DNA of 64,000 bases from Christensenellales bacterium (GCA_040768905.1 JAXGMA010000001.1:1299806-1363805), one strand, 5' to 3'; shown: positions 9,320-20,049, counted from the first letter of the stretch. Notes: generated from the sequence alone by a model not told the origin. A program made the numbers and translations.

Positions 9320-10395
9320 GCAGCATTTGGGGCCGCCGTTTTACCGTGGACATTTTCGGGGAATCCCATGGCGTCAAAATTGGCGCTGTGATACACGGCA
9401 TACCGGCCGGTACGGTTTTTGACTTTCCCGGCATACGTGCCTTTCTTGACAGGCGCAGGCCGGGAGGCGAAGCATGGTCTACAAAGCGCAGCGAAGCCGA
9501 CGATTTTGAGATCGTGAGCGGATACTTCGGCGGCCACGCAACCGGCACTCCGCTCTGCGTGCTGTTTCACAACACCGCGCAGCGTTCTTCCGACTATGAC
9601 GGCGGCCAAAACAGGCCCGGACATGCCGACTTCACCGGACATGTGCGCTACAAAGGTTTTAACGACGCGCGCGGCGGCGGCCATTTTTCCGGGCGCCTCA
9701 CTGCGCCTCTTGTTTTCGCCGGTGCGGCTGCGCAGCAGATCTTGTCGCAAAATGATATTTATTTTGCCACGCACCTCCGCCGCATCGCGGATATCGAGGA
9801 CAAAGGTTTTGATAAAACGCATGTTTCAAAGCAGCTTGCGGACAAGCTATCCGCTTCACGTTTTCCGATTATTGACGAATCCGTGCGTGAGGCGATGGAA
9901 AACGAGGTAAAAACTGCCGCATCCGAGGGCGATTCTGTCGGCGGCATCGTCGAATGCGCTGTTTGCGGCATCCCGGCGGGAGTCGGCAGCCCGCTTTTTG
10001 ATACTGTTGAGAGCGCGCTGTCTTCATTGCTGTTCGCCATTCCGGCCGTCAAGGGCGTAAGCTTCGGTGCAGGTTTTTCTTTCGCACAGATGCGCGGCAG
10101 CCAGGCCAACGACGCTTATACGGTCAAAGGCGGGCGCATCGTCACCACATCCAACAACAACGGCGGGATAATTGGCGGCATCACAAACGGCATGCCTTTG
10201 GTGTTTGAAACGGTGATCAAGCCGACGCCGTCCATATCACGCCCGCAGCAAACGGTCAATCTGCAAACGCAAAAACAGGAAACGATAGAAATCAAGGGCA
10301 GGCATGACGCGTGCATCGTACCGCGCGCAGCTGCGGCCATAGAGGCGGCGGCATCCATCGGTGTGCTTGACCTGCTCATGGAAAGGGGCCTGTAA
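9316..10395 (+). CDS. aroC: chorismate synthase
   Basis: 359 aa with GESHG, RRRPGG, GGGHFSGR and KGRHDACIVPRA signatures. ATGA overlap with aroA. Confidence 0.95.
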   Translation: MSSIWGRRFTVDIFGESHGVKIGAVIHGIPAGTVFDFPGIRAFLDRRRPGGEAWSTKRSEADDFEIVSGYFGGHATGTPLCVLFHNTAQRSSDYDGGQNRPGHADFTGHVRYKGFNDARGGGHFSGRLTAPLVFAGAAAQQILSQNDIYFATHLRRIADIEDKGFDKTHVSKQLADKLSASRFPIIDESVREAMENEVKTAASEGDSVGGIVECAVCGIPAGVGSPLFDTVESALSSLLFAIPAVKGVSFGAGFSFAQMRGSQANDAYTVKGGRIVTTSNNNGGIIGGITNGMPLVFETVIKPTPSISRPQQTVNLQTQKQETIEIKGRHDACIVPRAAAAIEAAASIGVLDLLMERGL

Positions 10396-11514
10396 ATGGG
10401 ATATGAGAAAGAACTGCGTGTCCTGCGCGACAAGATCGACAGTATAGATGCCCGGCTTGTGCCGCTGTTTGAGGCACGCATGCAAGTCTCGGATGAAATC
10501 GCGGATGTCAAGCAGCGCTACGGCCGGCCTGTGTTTGATGCAGACCGGGAGAACAATGTGATGGAACGCGCTCTTTCGCATTTGACGGACTCAAGCAGCG
10601 ATGCAGAAGCGCGCCGCTTTTTTCGCGCGCTGATGGATCTGAGCAAGCAGCGCCAGGGCACACACTTTGAAAAACTTGACGACATCGCGGCCGATGAAAC
10701 GCCGGCTATCGGGCATCTTGGCCTCAAAGGCTCGTTTTCTCATATAGCCGCCTTGGAGGCTTTTGGCACCGACGCGCCGCTCAAAAGCTTTGACACATTC
10801 GAGGCAATGTTTGAAGCCCTGCGCATTGGTGAGATCGGGCGTGCCATACTGCCTGCCGAAAATACGGAAACGGGGAGCATCACAGCGGTCGTTGATCTGC
10901 TCGCACGATATGGCTACTTTATCATAGCAGAACGATTGCTCAAAGTGTCGCACAGCCTTCTTGGCCTCCCGGGTGCAGGCCTTGAGCAGATCAGGGAAGT
11001 ATATTCGCATCCCGAGCCCATTGTCCAATGCAGCCGCTTTTTGTTGAGCCATCCGGGTATCGTCTCGCATCCGGCGCTCAGCACTGCGCAGGCTGCCAGT
11101 CAGGTCGCGCAGATGGGCAATAAGACAGTCGGCTGCATCGCCTCATCGCTGGCAGCGCAAATATACGGGCTTGAGGTGCTTTCAGAGAATATCCAAAACA
11201 GCAGCGGCAACTCCACGCGTTTTGTCGTTGTTGCCAGAAAGCCGAAAATGACGGGCGCCTGCGACAAGACGAGCATCGTATTCAAGCTTGACCATCGGCC
11301 GGGTTCTCTTTTTGAATTGCTGCACCTGTTTTCGAATATCAACATCTTAAAGCTTGAGTCCCGGCCGCTTGCGGGACGCCCTTTTGAATACCTTTTCCAT
11401 CTTGATTTTGAAGGCAGCACAGATGATGAAAAAATCTCACAGGTGCTTGCGGAGGCCAAAAAACATGCCGCCGAGCTTGTGTGGCTTGGCTCGTATCCGC
11501 GCATGACGCTTTAA
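10396..11514 (+). CDS. pheA: bifunctional chorismate mutase / prephenate dehydratase
   Basis: 372 aa. N-terminal AroQ-type chorismate mutase helix (LRDKIDSIDARLVPLFEARM), then a prephenate dehydratase domain (TRF, ESRP motifs) and a C-terminal ACT domain. Confidence 0.9.
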   Translation: MGYEKELRVLRDKIDSIDARLVPLFEARMQVSDEIADVKQRYGRPVFDADRENNVMERALSHLTDSSSDAEARRFFRALMDLSKQRQGTHFEKLDDIAADETPAIGHLGLKGSFSHIAALEAFGTDAPLKSFDTFEAMFEALRIGEIGRAILPAENTETGSITAVVDLLARYGYFIIAERLLKVSHSLLGLPGAGLEQIREVYSHPEPIVQCSRFLLSHPGIVSHPALSTAQAASQVAQMGNKTVGCIASSLAAQIYGLEVLSENIQNSSGNSTRFVVVARKPKMTGACDKTSIVFKLDHRPGSLFELLHLFSNINILKLESRPLAGRPFEYLFHLDFEGSTDDEKISQVLAEAKKHAAELVWLGSYPRMTL

Positions 11515-11525
11515 GGAGAAGACAG

Positions 11526-12827
11526 ATGATAAAAGCAGGCCTTATCGGCGGTAAACTATCGCACAGCCTTTCACCTCAGGTGCATCAAAAATACTGGCAT
11601 CTTATCGGAAAACAGGGGCAATATGCACTCCTGGAAACGCCTGCGGATAAACTTTCTGAACTGCTTGACGCGCTTACTGAGAAAGGATATATAGGAGCCA
11701 ATGTCACGATTCCGCACAAAAAAGCTGTCATGCGGCATCTTGATGTGCTCTCCCCTGAAGCAGACGCCATCGGTGCGGTCAATACCATTCATTTTTCAGA
11801 CGGACGGCGCATTGGCTACAACACAGACTATTTTGGGCTTTTGTCTACGCTGCTGCGCTTTGGGATGCCTCTTTGCAACAAGCGCGTCGTCATTCTCGGG
11901 ACGGGCGGCGCCGCTGTCTGCGCATTTTGCCTTTCCAAAGATCAAGGCGCATCTGAGGTGCTGGTCATAAGCCGCCAGCCGCAAAAGGCCGACAAACGGC
12001 TCGGTGCTTTAGGTTATGACGCGCTCGAAGCACTTGACAGCATCGATGTGCTCATCAACACGACTCCGTCCGGGATGTTTCCTGACATAAAAAGCTGCCC
12101 CGTTTCCGTCGCGGTGATACAAAAATGCAAAGCCGTTGCGGATGTCATTTATAACCCTGAGCAAACACAGCTATTAAAAAAGGCCGCAGAGATGGGCAAG
12201 CCATGCGCAGGCGGCCTTTGGATGTTGTGTGCGCAGGCGCTCAAGGCACAGGAAATCTGGCTTGGGCGCGCTTATGACGCGTCTCTTTGCGCCAGCATAT
12301 TCAATGCGCTGCGGACAAAACCTGACCGCACCAACATCGTGCTGATCGGTATGCCGGGCAGCGGCAAAACCACGGTTGGACACATCCTTTCAAAAAGGCT
12401 CGGCCGCGAATATGCAGATACAGATATGCTTGTTGAAGCGTCCCACGGGCGCATACAGGACATCTTTGCCAAAAGCGGTGAAGCGGCTTTCCGCGCGCTT
12501 GAGCTTACTGCGGCGCGCGGCGCTGCAGCGAAGACACGCGCCGTTATTTCCACAGGCGGCGGCATCGTTCTGACACAAGCGTCAATGGAGGCGCTGCGGG
12601 AAACAGGCATCATCGTATACATCGACCGCCCGATGGAGCTTCTTCTTTGCGAAGTGGATACTGCCGACCGGCCGCTGCTGGCCGGAGGACGCCAGCGTCT
12701 CATTTCACTTTTTTCTCAAAGGCGCATGCTTTATCAAAAATATGCCGATATCACAGTACAAAACGCTGCTGACGCTGCGCAATGTGTAGATGATATCGTC
12801 AAAAAACTTAAGGAGTATAAATCATGA
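11526..12827 (+). CDS. aroE: fused shikimate dehydrogenase / shikimate kinase
   Basis: N-terminal half has SLSPQVH, NVTIPHK and GTGGAA (AroE). C-terminal ~170 aa has the Walker A GMPGSGKTT and STGGG (AroK). The ATG at 11526 has a GGAGAA RBS; the ORF-track start at 11481 overlaps pheA. Confidence 0.85.
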   Translation: MIKAGLIGGKLSHSLSPQVHQKYWHLIGKQGQYALLETPADKLSELLDALTEKGYIGANVTIPHKKAVMRHLDVLSPEADAIGAVNTIHFSDGRRIGYNTDYFGLLSTLLRFGMPLCNKRVVILGTGGAAVCAFCLSKDQGASEVLVISRQPQKADKRLGALGYDALEALDSIDVLINTTPSGMFPDIKSCPVSVAVIQKCKAVADVIYNPEQTQLLKKAAEMGKPCAGGLWMLCAQALKAQEIWLGRAYDASLCASIFNALRTKPDRTNIVLIGMPGSGKTTVGHILSKRLGREYADTDMLVEASHGRIQDIFAKSGEAAFRALELTAARGAAAKTRAVISTGGGIVLTQASMEALRETGIIVYIDRPMELLLCEVDTADRPLLAGGRQRLISLFSQRRMLYQKYADITVQNAADAAQCVDDIVKKLKEYKS

Positions 12828-13267
12828 AAATACTCGTCATCAACGGCCCGAATATCAATCTGCTTGGCGCGCGCGAACCGGATATATACGGCAAACTTGA
12901 TTATGCAGCGCTGCAGAGTGCGCTTTTGGAATTCGCACAAGCCAACGGCATCACGCTTGATATGTTCCAGTCAAATATTGAAGGCGTTTTGATCGATAAA
13001 ATCCAGCAGGCCTTTGGCAGTTATGACGGCATTGTCATCAACCCGGGCGCGTACACACATTACAGCATCGCGATACTCGATGCCTTAAAAGCATGCCCTG
13101 TACCCGCCATCGAAGTGCATTTGAGCCACATTGCGTCAAGGGAGGATTTTCGGCATAAATCCGTGACCGCGGGCGGCTGCATCGGCCAGATCAGCGGCCT
13201 TGGGTTTGATTCTTATCTGCTTGCCATCAAAGCGCATGTAAACCGCATCAGCGAACGCAATCAATAA
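12824..13267 (+). CDS. aroQ: type II 3-dehydroquinate dehydratase
   Basis: 147 aa with LVINGPNINLLGAREPDIYG, INPGAYTHYS and EVHLS(H/N)I motifs. Confidence 0.9.
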   Translation: MKILVINGPNINLLGAREPDIYGKLDYAALQSALLEFAQANGITLDMFQSNIEGVLIDKIQQAFGSYDGIVINPGAYTHYSIAILDALKACPVPAIEVHLSHIASREDFRHKSVTAGGCIGQISGLGFDSYLLAIKAHVNRISERNQ

Positions 13268-13294
13268 TATAAAGAATCCTTTTCCAGCTTGAGC

Positions 13295-13462
13295 GTGGAA
13301 AAGAATGTTGATAAGGCGGGCGCTTCATTCGCCGCCATTGAAACGGTGTTCACCGGTGAAGCCGCCGACAGCGATTCCGGCACCGTGATGACTATCGTGG
13401 GCATAGCTGAAAGCATTTTAAAAGTGATCCTCAACTATTTTTCCAGCAAGGAAAAAGAATAG
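13295..13462 (+). CDS. hypothetical small protein (55 aa, GTG start), uncertain
   Basis: Open frame VEKNVDKAGASFAAIETVFTGEAADSDSGTVMTIVGIAESILKVILNYFSSKEKE* lies between the aroQ stop and a strong + strand terminator. No convincing RBS and no recognisable family. Confidence 0.25.
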   Translation: MEKNVDKAGASFAAIETVFTGEAADSDSGTVMTIVGIAESILKVILNYFSSKEKE

Positions 13463-13477
13463 GTCACAGACGATAAA

Positions 13478-13507
13478 GGGTGCCGAATACGGCATCCTTT
13501 TTTTGTT
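13478..13507 (+). terminator. intrinsic terminator ending the aro transcription unit
   Basis: GGGTGCCG-AATA-CGGCATCC (8 bp with one G.U pair) followed by TTTTTTT. Confidence 0.75.
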
Positions 13508-13572
13508 ATAGATTGACCTTGGGCAGGCTGAATCAAACAGATCCATTGTGCCAACCAAGAATGCAATGTATT

Positions 13573-14556
13573 TTATAAATCCAGCTGAGAGAGCGTGGCC
13601 GGCATTTCATGTTTGGTGTTGACCTTGTCAGGGCCGGTCACCAGATCAAAACAGGAAATAACCAGCATCCCCCGCCATACGCACGGCTCGCCGGGTTGGT
13701 CGAGTTCTCCGTTGAATCCGTCTGAATCGGGGCTCTGCGCAATACGTGTTACTTCCCCGTTTGGATTGACTTTTGCTATCGCATTGGCTGAAAAATCAGC
13801 GATATACAAATTGCCGTCTTCGTCAAACATCATGCCGTCGGTGGTTTGAAGTTCTTTTGGATTCTTTGCCCACACTTTGTTTTCCCGCACGCTTCCGTCT
13901 TCATTGAACGTGATCTTATGCACCGCTCCGTCACCGAAGTTGCCGACATAGAGATTGCCGTCCCTGTCAAATGCGATGCCGTCCGCACCGTACTGGCACT
14001 CCGTGTTTTGTGTGATGAATGTTGTTAAGATATTTGTGTCATCGAGCGTATTGTCGATCTGTATATTTTCATCGTCCAGACGGAATTTGTACACACAGCT
14101 GACCAGCAGTCCGGAAGGGTCTTTGACTTTCGACATCAGGCTCTGCGTTACATATAAATGATCCCCGAGTATGCGCACGCCGTTTGGATGCTCCATGCCG
14201 TCAGCGATGACCGTCGTTTTGACCACTTTATTGTCTTTGATTTTTATGCGCAGCATGCGCCCCTTGTAAAGCAGCTCCTCCGCGCCTGACCATCCCTGGT
14301 TGTCACATATATAAATGTCCCCGTCCTCACCAATGGCTATGCCCATCGGCCTTGAGACTCCGGTTTGCGGGTGAACAGGCACGTCGACCCATTTGGTGAT
14401 ATTTTTTTCCTTATCTATCCGCACAAGGCAGCCGGACATCTTCACATCCGCAAAATTCGGGCAGGAAAGTATTAGATCCCCGTCCTTGTCCACGGCCATA
14501 CCGTCCGGAGTGCAAATGTAATCCGGCAATAATGCGAAAAGTTTTGGTTCCTGCAT
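13573..14556 (-). CDS. SMP-30/gluconolactonase/LRE-like beta-propeller protein (putative lactonase)
   Basis: 327 aa with repeated blade motifs (PDGMAVDKDGDL, GIAIGEDGDIYI, NGVRI, ADGIAFDRDGNLYV, TDGMMFDEDGNLYI) typical of six-bladed lactonases. RBS AGGAGA. Confidence 0.65.
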   Translation of the reverse strand: MQEPKLFALLPDYICTPDGMAVDKDGDLILSCPNFADVKMSGCLVRIDKEKNITKWVDVPVHPQTGVSRPMGIAIGEDGDIYICDNQGWSGAEELLYKGRMLRIKIKDNKVVKTTVIADGMEHPNGVRILGDHLYVTQSLMSKVKDPSGLLVSCVYKFRLDDENIQIDNTLDDTNILTTFITQNTECQYGADGIAFDRDGNLYVGNFGDGAVHKITFNEDGSVRENKVWAKNPKELQTTDGMMFDEDGNLYIADFSANAIAKVNPNGEVTRIAQSPDSDGFNGELDQPGEPCVWRGMLVISCFDLVTGPDKVNTKHEMPATLSQLDL

Positions 14557-14575
14557 TTTTCATTCTCCTTTTATT

Positions 14576-16093
14576 CTAAATTTTTGCCAATTCGCTGTAG
14601 ACCTCTTCCAGCGCGGTGTATGCCTTTTCAAAGACGGCTTTGAGCTTAGCATATTTCTCAGTGTTTTCGCTTTTCGGCGCAACGGTCTTGACTGCATAGT
14701 TGAATCTTTCAGCTTCATGGAACCCTGAAAGCTCTCCGATGGCAACACCGGCAGTGATGGCGGCCCCCATCGAAGTGGCTTCCTCAAGGCTTTTCATCTT
14801 CAGAATGTTCATGCCGAATACGTCCGCAAGTATCTGCCTTTGTATGCTCCCCTTAGCCATTCCTCCGATCACGAGCATTTCCGAAATTGCGATATCTTTT
14901 TTGAGAATACTGAGTATGATATCAAGGTTCATGGCGATGCCCTCGATCACGCTTCTGAGCAAGTCGCTGCGTTTGTGCTCCATCTTGAGGCCGATAAAAG
15001 CACCGCGCGCATCCGGGTTCCATCTTGGGCTTCTCTCCCCCAGCAGATACGGCAAAAACAGAAGCGCGTTCGAGCCCGCTTCCGCCTTCTCAATTTCCAT
15101 GTTGATGAACTCATACGGGCTTTTACCCTCTTCTTTTGCTCTTTGCTGCTCATATTTACAGATCTCATTCTTCACCCAGTTGAACGCAGCGCCTGCTGTC
15201 TGCATCGTTCCGCACGGCGCCACATAGCCAGGCACTATATGCGCCCAGTTGAATGTACGCATCTTTGCATCAAATACCGGTTCTTTGCTTGTTGTGCATA
15301 TCCATGATGAAGACCCAAGACAGCTGTAGGTTTTTCCTTCCGACACAGACCCGGCACCCACCGATGCGCACATACCGTCGCCGCCGCCGACAACGACTTT
15401 GGTACCCGGCGCAAGCCCGCATTCCTGTGCGATGACGGGCTGTACTTCGCCGGCAATGTATGTCGACTCTACCGCTTTTGGCATTTTGTCCCCGTCAACA
15501 CCTGCGGCATCCAATATTTTTTCAGACCATGCAAATCTATTTAAATCAAAGGCATTTGTGCTTGAAGCGTCTGAATAATCCGTTAAAAACTTTCCGGTCA
15601 GTTTATACACGATATAGTCTTTCGCATTGAGCATCTTATATGTGTTTTTATAAACTTGCGGCTCATTGTCTTTTATCCACATCAGTTTTTCGATACCGTA
15701 TGAACAGCTGATCCTGTGCCCGACTGTCTTGTAGAAATCCCAAGGATCGATTTTTTCTTTAATATGATTCTCTTGCTTTGTTGATCTCATGTCTGCCCAT
15801 ATGATCGATGGGTACAAAGGCTTTCCGTTTTTATCAACGCACAAACAACCCATCATCTGGCCGGAAAAAGATACAGCCAGCACATCTTTTTTTTCAATGC
15901 CGCTTAAAAGCTGCTTTGTGCTTAAACAGATGGCCTTCCACCAGTCGTCAGGGTTCTGCTCAGCCCAGTTCGCGTTGTAGTACCGGGTATCATAAGAGCT
16001 GGTGACGCTGCCGATAAGCTCTCCTTCCACCGAAAAAAGCGTGGCTTTGTTTCCTGAAGTTCCAACATCATGGGCCAGCAGATACTTTTTCAT
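14576..16093 (-). CDS. FGGY-family carbohydrate kinase (xylulokinase-like)
   Basis: 505 aa with N-terminal HDVGTSGNKA and GGGDGMCA, and the C-terminal GGMAKG motif of FGGY kinases. Confidence 0.85.
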   Translation of the reverse strand: MKKYLLAHDVGTSGNKATLFSVEGELIGSVTSSYDTRYYNANWAEQNPDDWWKAICLSTKQLLSGIEKKDVLAVSFSGQMMGCLCVDKNGKPLYPSIIWADMRSTKQENHIKEKIDPWDFYKTVGHRISCSYGIEKLMWIKDNEPQVYKNTYKMLNAKDYIVYKLTGKFLTDYSDASSTNAFDLNRFAWSEKILDAAGVDGDKMPKAVESTYIAGEVQPVIAQECGLAPGTKVVVGGGDGMCASVGAGSVSEGKTYSCLGSSSWICTTSKEPVFDAKMRTFNWAHIVPGYVAPCGTMQTAGAAFNWVKNEICKYEQQRAKEEGKSPYEFINMEIEKAEAGSNALLFLPYLLGERSPRWNPDARGAFIGLKMEHKRSDLLRSVIEGIAMNLDIILSILKKDIAISEMLVIGGMAKGSIQRQILADVFGMNILKMKSLEEATSMGAAITAGVAIGELSGFHEAERFNYAVKTVAPKSENTEKYAKLKAVFEKAYTALEEVYSELAKI

Positions 16094-16142
16094 TTTTTAC
16101 TCTCCTTAAAAGCAAAGTGACTTTTTATTGATAAAGTTTGGG

Positions 16143-17189
16143 CTAATATTTGATCACGATCTTTTTACACGGTTCTTTTCTTGCGATGATATCAAAAGCG
16201 TCCTTGATGTCCTTGAATTCTATCACATGCGAAATAAAATCTCTTGGTTTTAACAGCCCAAGCTCGATCCAGTTCATGATTTGGCTGTGTGCAGCAGCCT
16301 CTTGCGCTTTATCCGGAAATTGCTGGAATTTTAAATTCCAGTTGTACGGCGCTTTGCTCCAATCGAGTTTCATGGACAGATCGGGAGAAATCCCGTAAGT
16401 GCAGATCGCCCCTCCGTCTTTGATAAGACGCATGCCTTCTTTGATGAGCGCATTCATACCGACGGCATCCAGCGAAAAATCTACCCCGTCTTTGCAGATG
16501 CCGCGCACGATTTCATAAGGATCGGCCATTCTGCTGTTGTATGCATAATCTGCCCCGGCTTTTTTTGCTTCTTCGATCTTTTCATCCATGATGTCGAAGA
16601 CGATGATGGGCGCCAGCCCCAATATTTTTGCAAATCTCACAAAAGAAAGCCCGACCGGCCCTGCGCCGAAAACAACAAGGCTCTTGTTCGCGGCAAACCC
16701 AAACTTCTTCGTCGCCGCAAGCACCTCCCTGAATGTGATGATCACGACTGCTTCTAAAGGGTCAATGTCTTTTGGAAGCTTTGTCTGTGTGTAATAAAAC
16801 TCGCCGAAACCGTCAGCCCCCGGCCCCTGGCCGTTGTTCGCCATGGCCTTCCAGTCGCCGCAAATCGCATACTCTGAAAATGCGCCCCAATATGATGCGT
16901 ATCCGTCCAAATTGCCTTCAACAAACGGAAGCATGACGATATCGCCGATTTGGAAGCTGGTCACGTTTTTCCCGACCTCCACGACCTGTCCTATCCCCTC
17001 GTGCCCCAAAAGGCAGGGGTAGTCTGAGGCTGGTATGTTTTTGAATTCACCGTGCAATATTTTGGTGTCGGTCCCATTGCATACGCCGCAAGCCAGCGTT
17101 TTCACCAATACTTTGTTTTCTGAGCATCGGGGGGTAGCCAACTCCACGATCTCAAGCTTTAAATCCTTTGTTACTGCCAAGCTTTTCAT
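16143..17189 (-). CDS. zinc-dependent alcohol/polyol dehydrogenase (MDR family)
   Basis: 348 aa with CGVCNGTD and GHEGIG zinc motifs and the GAGPVG Rossmann motif. Confidence 0.85.
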   Translation of the reverse strand: MKSLAVTKDLKLEIVELATPRCSENKVLVKTLACGVCNGTDTKILHGEFKNIPASDYPCLLGHEGIGQVVEVGKNVTSFQIGDIVMLPFVEGNLDGYASYWGAFSEYAICGDWKAMANNGQGPGADGFGEFYYTQTKLPKDIDPLEAVVIITFREVLAATKKFGFAANKSLVVFGAGPVGLSFVRFAKILGLAPIIVFDIMDEKIEEAKKAGADYAYNSRMADPYEIVRGICKDGVDFSLDAVGMNALIKEGMRLIKDGGAICTYGISPDLSMKLDWSKAPYNWNLKFQQFPDKAQEAAAHSQIMNWIELGLLKPRDFISHVIEFKDIKDAFDIIARKEPCKKIVIKY

Positions 17190-17370
17190 TTGTTACTCTC
17201 TCCCTGCGATTGAATAATAATAGCCTGTCCGGCTTTTTTAACTGTGTTCTCTTTAATGACCAGTGTACCATGAATGTGCGCCTGAAAACTAACTTTTTTT
17301 AAAAATAAAACTCTTATTGATCAAACAATATTGGCATGATCGAAAGAGTTGTTGATAAGTCAGAAATGCT

Positions 17371-17402
17371 CAGCAGGCCCGGATAAAAATCCGGACCTGC
17401 TG
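17371..17402 (-). terminator. hairpin between the thiolase and Zn-ADH genes (possible weak terminator or RNA-processing site)
   Basis: CAGCAGGCCCGG / CCGGACCTGCTG is an inverted repeat (11 of 12 bp) with an 8-nt loop. The minus-strand tail is only weakly U-rich. Confidence 0.4.
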
Positions 17403-17426
17403 ATTGATCTCTATTTTTCTTTTGTT

Positions 17427-18689
17427 CTACTTGCCGACCACATACACATAGTTGGTGGTGGCTGAGCCGCCGATGTTGAGCATCAGGCCGTTTTTGGCGT
17501 CCTTCACCTGATAATCTCCGGCTTTTCCGGCAACCTGCTTATAGAGGTCAAGCATCATCCGAACACCGCTGCCGCCGACAGGATGCCCGCAGCCGATAAG
17601 CCCGCCGCTCGGGTTGATGGGCTTGTCTCCCGTCAGTTCGGTGCGTCCGGCCTCGATCGCCTCGTACTCTTTGCCAGGCTCCGTGATACCGAAAGCGGAA
17701 ACAGCCGCATATTCGCTTGAAGTAAAGCAGTCATGCGTTTCAAAGAAATCCATGTCTTCGACGCCCATCCCTGCTCTCGCATATGCTTCCTCGACCGCTT
17801 TGCGCGTCCACGGCAGCACATACTTTTCATCCTTGGCTTCCTCGACCTTTTTGGCATAGGTGATCGGCGCAACCCTGTGCCCCCATCCTTTGATGTACGG
17901 CAAATCGCTTAAGCTAAGGCCGTTCTTCTTTGCATATTCTTTGGCATACGCTTCCGTGGCAAGGAACAGCACAGCTGCACCGTCCGTCACCTGCGAGCAG
18001 TCGGAAATGGCCAGCAGCCCGCCGACCTGTGCATTGTTGGCCGTTCCTCTGTCGTTGGCCTGCGCTTCGTCCATAAACCAGTTTCTTGCCTGCGCTTTCG
18101 GGTTTTTCTTGGCGTTTGAATAGTTCTTCGTGGAAATTTTTGCAAGCGCGCGCATGAACCTTTCCTTGTCCGGCTTGTATTTTTCAAGGATGGTGTCAGC
18201 CAGCTTGCCGAAAAGCTTCGGGAACGGGAAATCCACGCCCTTTGCTTCCTGCTCGTAGTTGGCGGCTCTTCCTAAGTAATCGCCGCAGACCTTTGCATTG
18301 ACCGTCTTCATCATTTCAAAACCGAGCACCATCGCCACGTCGTAATCACCGGCGCGCAGTTTGGCAAACGCCGCGTCGATAGCGACAGAACCTGAAGCAC
18401 AAGCCGACTCATACCGTGCGCTCGGCACGCCGTAAAACGCCGGGCTGACCTCTGTCAAAAACGCGCCCCAGTGGCTCTGGTCACAATAATATTCACCCAC
18501 AAAGTTGCCGATGCACGCAACGATGCGGTTTTGCTTGTTAAGTTCAATCACATCCTGCTCCGTCATGCCTACAGAAGAAAGGCCGTCTTCAACGGCTTCT
18601 TTGAGCATAGCCAAAAAGTTTTTGCCTTCTTTTGTCCAGTTCCTGCTATAATCAGTCTGGTCGCCTCCCAGTATATATACCTTCTCCAT
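17427..18689 (-). CDS. thiolase-family acetyl-CoA C-acyltransferase (SCP-x/archaeal-like type)
   Basis: 420 aa. Active-site-like CASGS in the N-terminal half and [10 protein letters not shown] near the C-terminus. RBS AGGAGA. Confidence 0.75.
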   Translation of the reverse strand: MEKVYILGGDQTDYSRNWTKEGKNFLAMLKEAVEDGLSSVGMTEQDVIELNKQNRIVACIGNFVGEYYCDQSHWGAFLTEVSPAFYGVPSARYESACASGSVAIDAAFAKLRAGDYDVAMVLGFEMMKTVNAKVCGDYLGRAANYEQEAKGVDFPFPKLFGKLADTILEKYKPDKERFMRALAKISTKNYSNAKKNPKAQARNWFMDEAQANDRGTANNAQVGGLLAISDCSQVTDGAAVLFLATEAYAKEYAKKNGLSLSDLPYIKGWGHRVAPITYAKKVEEAKDEKYVLPWTRKAVEEAYARAGMGVEDMDFFETHDCFTSSEYAAVSAFGITEPGKEYEAIEAGRTELTGDKPINPSGGLIGCGHPVGGSGVRMMLDLYKQVAGKAGDYQVKDAKNGLMLNIGGSATTNYVYVVGK

Positions 18690-18703
18690 GAATATTCTCC
18701 TTT

Positions 18704-20020
18704 CTACAGATTCGCCCGGAATGATTTGCGGTAATCAAACGGCGGTGTGATCGCTTTTTTGTTCTCTTCGCGGATACCGCTCAGCTGTTTTGCAAGTATG
18801 CCCGACTCATCCACCTGCTTTGCGAGTTTGAGCACTTCTTCAAAACCGCCGAGTGCCTGCATCAGCGCGACCGGCCCCACCCAGTTGAACCCTGTCGTCA
18901 TGGCGATGTCTGCGTCCGTCACTTTTTTGGATACCTGCTCTGCCGTCACGATGCCGTATGTCACATAGCTGACAAGGAAGTACTTGCACAGCATGGCTTC
19001 TTTAGAAGTATCGGCTTTGAGCGCACCTATGGCCTCTGCATAGCGCCCGGCTTTTAAGTTATCCACCATGGCTTTGGCGAACGCATGCGTATATTTTTTG
19101 GCCGGCCGCAGCTGGCCCGATGCGATATCATACACCAGATACTGCTTTGAGCCGTCTTGTGCTTTTTCCATCTTGAACAGGCCGTCTTTGGCTTTGCGTC
19201 CGAGCTTGCCCTGCGCTATGAGTGTTTCCACAAATTCAGGCAGAACAAAGGCTTCGTTGTCGTAGTCGTTTGATTTGGCGTGAATATTATCTACGATGGC
19301 TTTATGCACATCCAGGCCGACAAAATCCACAGTGACCAGCGGCGTCATGCCCCGGCCGGTAAAAGGCCCGATGATCGAATCAATATAATCAATGCCGCCT
19401 TCTGCCTTGTATTTGACTGCATACTGCAGCGCCTTGTTCAAGAAATGGAAACCAATGCGGTTGCCGAGGAATGCAGGCGTATCCGTGGTCTCGATGACAT
19501 CCCTGATCAGCACATCTTGAAGGTAGGCTCTCATCGCGTCAAACAGCGCCGCATCCGTATACTTTGAGCGTATCACTTCGCACAGCGTGAGGCTATACGG
19601 CGGGTTGAAAAAGTGGGTGCCGAAATAACGGCTCTTTAAGCTGTCGCCGAAATTTTCAACAAGCTCATTGATCGAAAACCCGGATGTGCCCGTCGTCACA
19701 ATAAGCTCCGGCTTGGCACAATCAGCTATCCTTTTGTATATCTGCGATTTGATGCCGGTGTCTTCCGCAACGCTCTCAAACACCCAGTCAGACTGCGCCA
19801 CACAGTCTTCAAAATCATCATATGTCTTTGGGATCAGCCTTGCGCGCACCGAATCCGCCTTGACCGAGTTCGCAGCCACATCAACGGCCTGCTGCGCCGC
19901 TTCCATCTTGCGGCAGATCAAAAACACTTTGGCGTTTCCGAAAGCCGCAACCAGCCCGGCCACCGTCGCGCCCATCGTTCCGTTTGCTCCCACAACCGAA
20001 ACTGTCTTAATGTTCAGCAT
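18704..20020 (-). CDS. 3-hydroxyacyl-CoA dehydrogenase (long form)
   Basis: N-terminal [11 protein letters not shown] Rossmann motif, a HFFNPP motif and a C-terminal HADH dimerisation domain. The ATG at 20020 is preceded by AGGAGG; the ORF-track start at 20110 overlaps the crotonase gene. Confidence 0.85.
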   Translation of the reverse strand: MLNIKTVSVVGANGTMGATVAGLVAAFGNAKVFLICRKMEAAQQAVDVAANSVKADSVRARLIPKTYDDFEDCVAQSDWVFESVAEDTGIKSQIYKRIADCAKPELIVTTGTSGFSINELVENFGDSLKSRYFGTHFFNPPYSLTLCEVIRSKYTDAALFDAMRAYLQDVLIRDVIETTDTPAFLGNRIGFHFLNKALQYAVKYKAEGGIDYIDSIIGPFTGRGMTPLVTVDFVGLDVHKAIVDNIHAKSNDYDNEAFVLPEFVETLIAQGKLGRKAKDGLFKMEKAQDGSKQYLVYDIASGQLRPAKKYTHAFAKAMVDNLKAGRYAEAIGALKADTSKEAMLCKYFLVSYVTYGIVTAEQVSKKVTDADIAMTTGFNWVGPVALMQALGGFEEVLKLAKQVDESGILAKQLSGIREENKKAITPPFDYRKSFRANL

Positions 20021-20049
20021 TTTTTGTCCTCCTGTATTAAACTTTTTAA

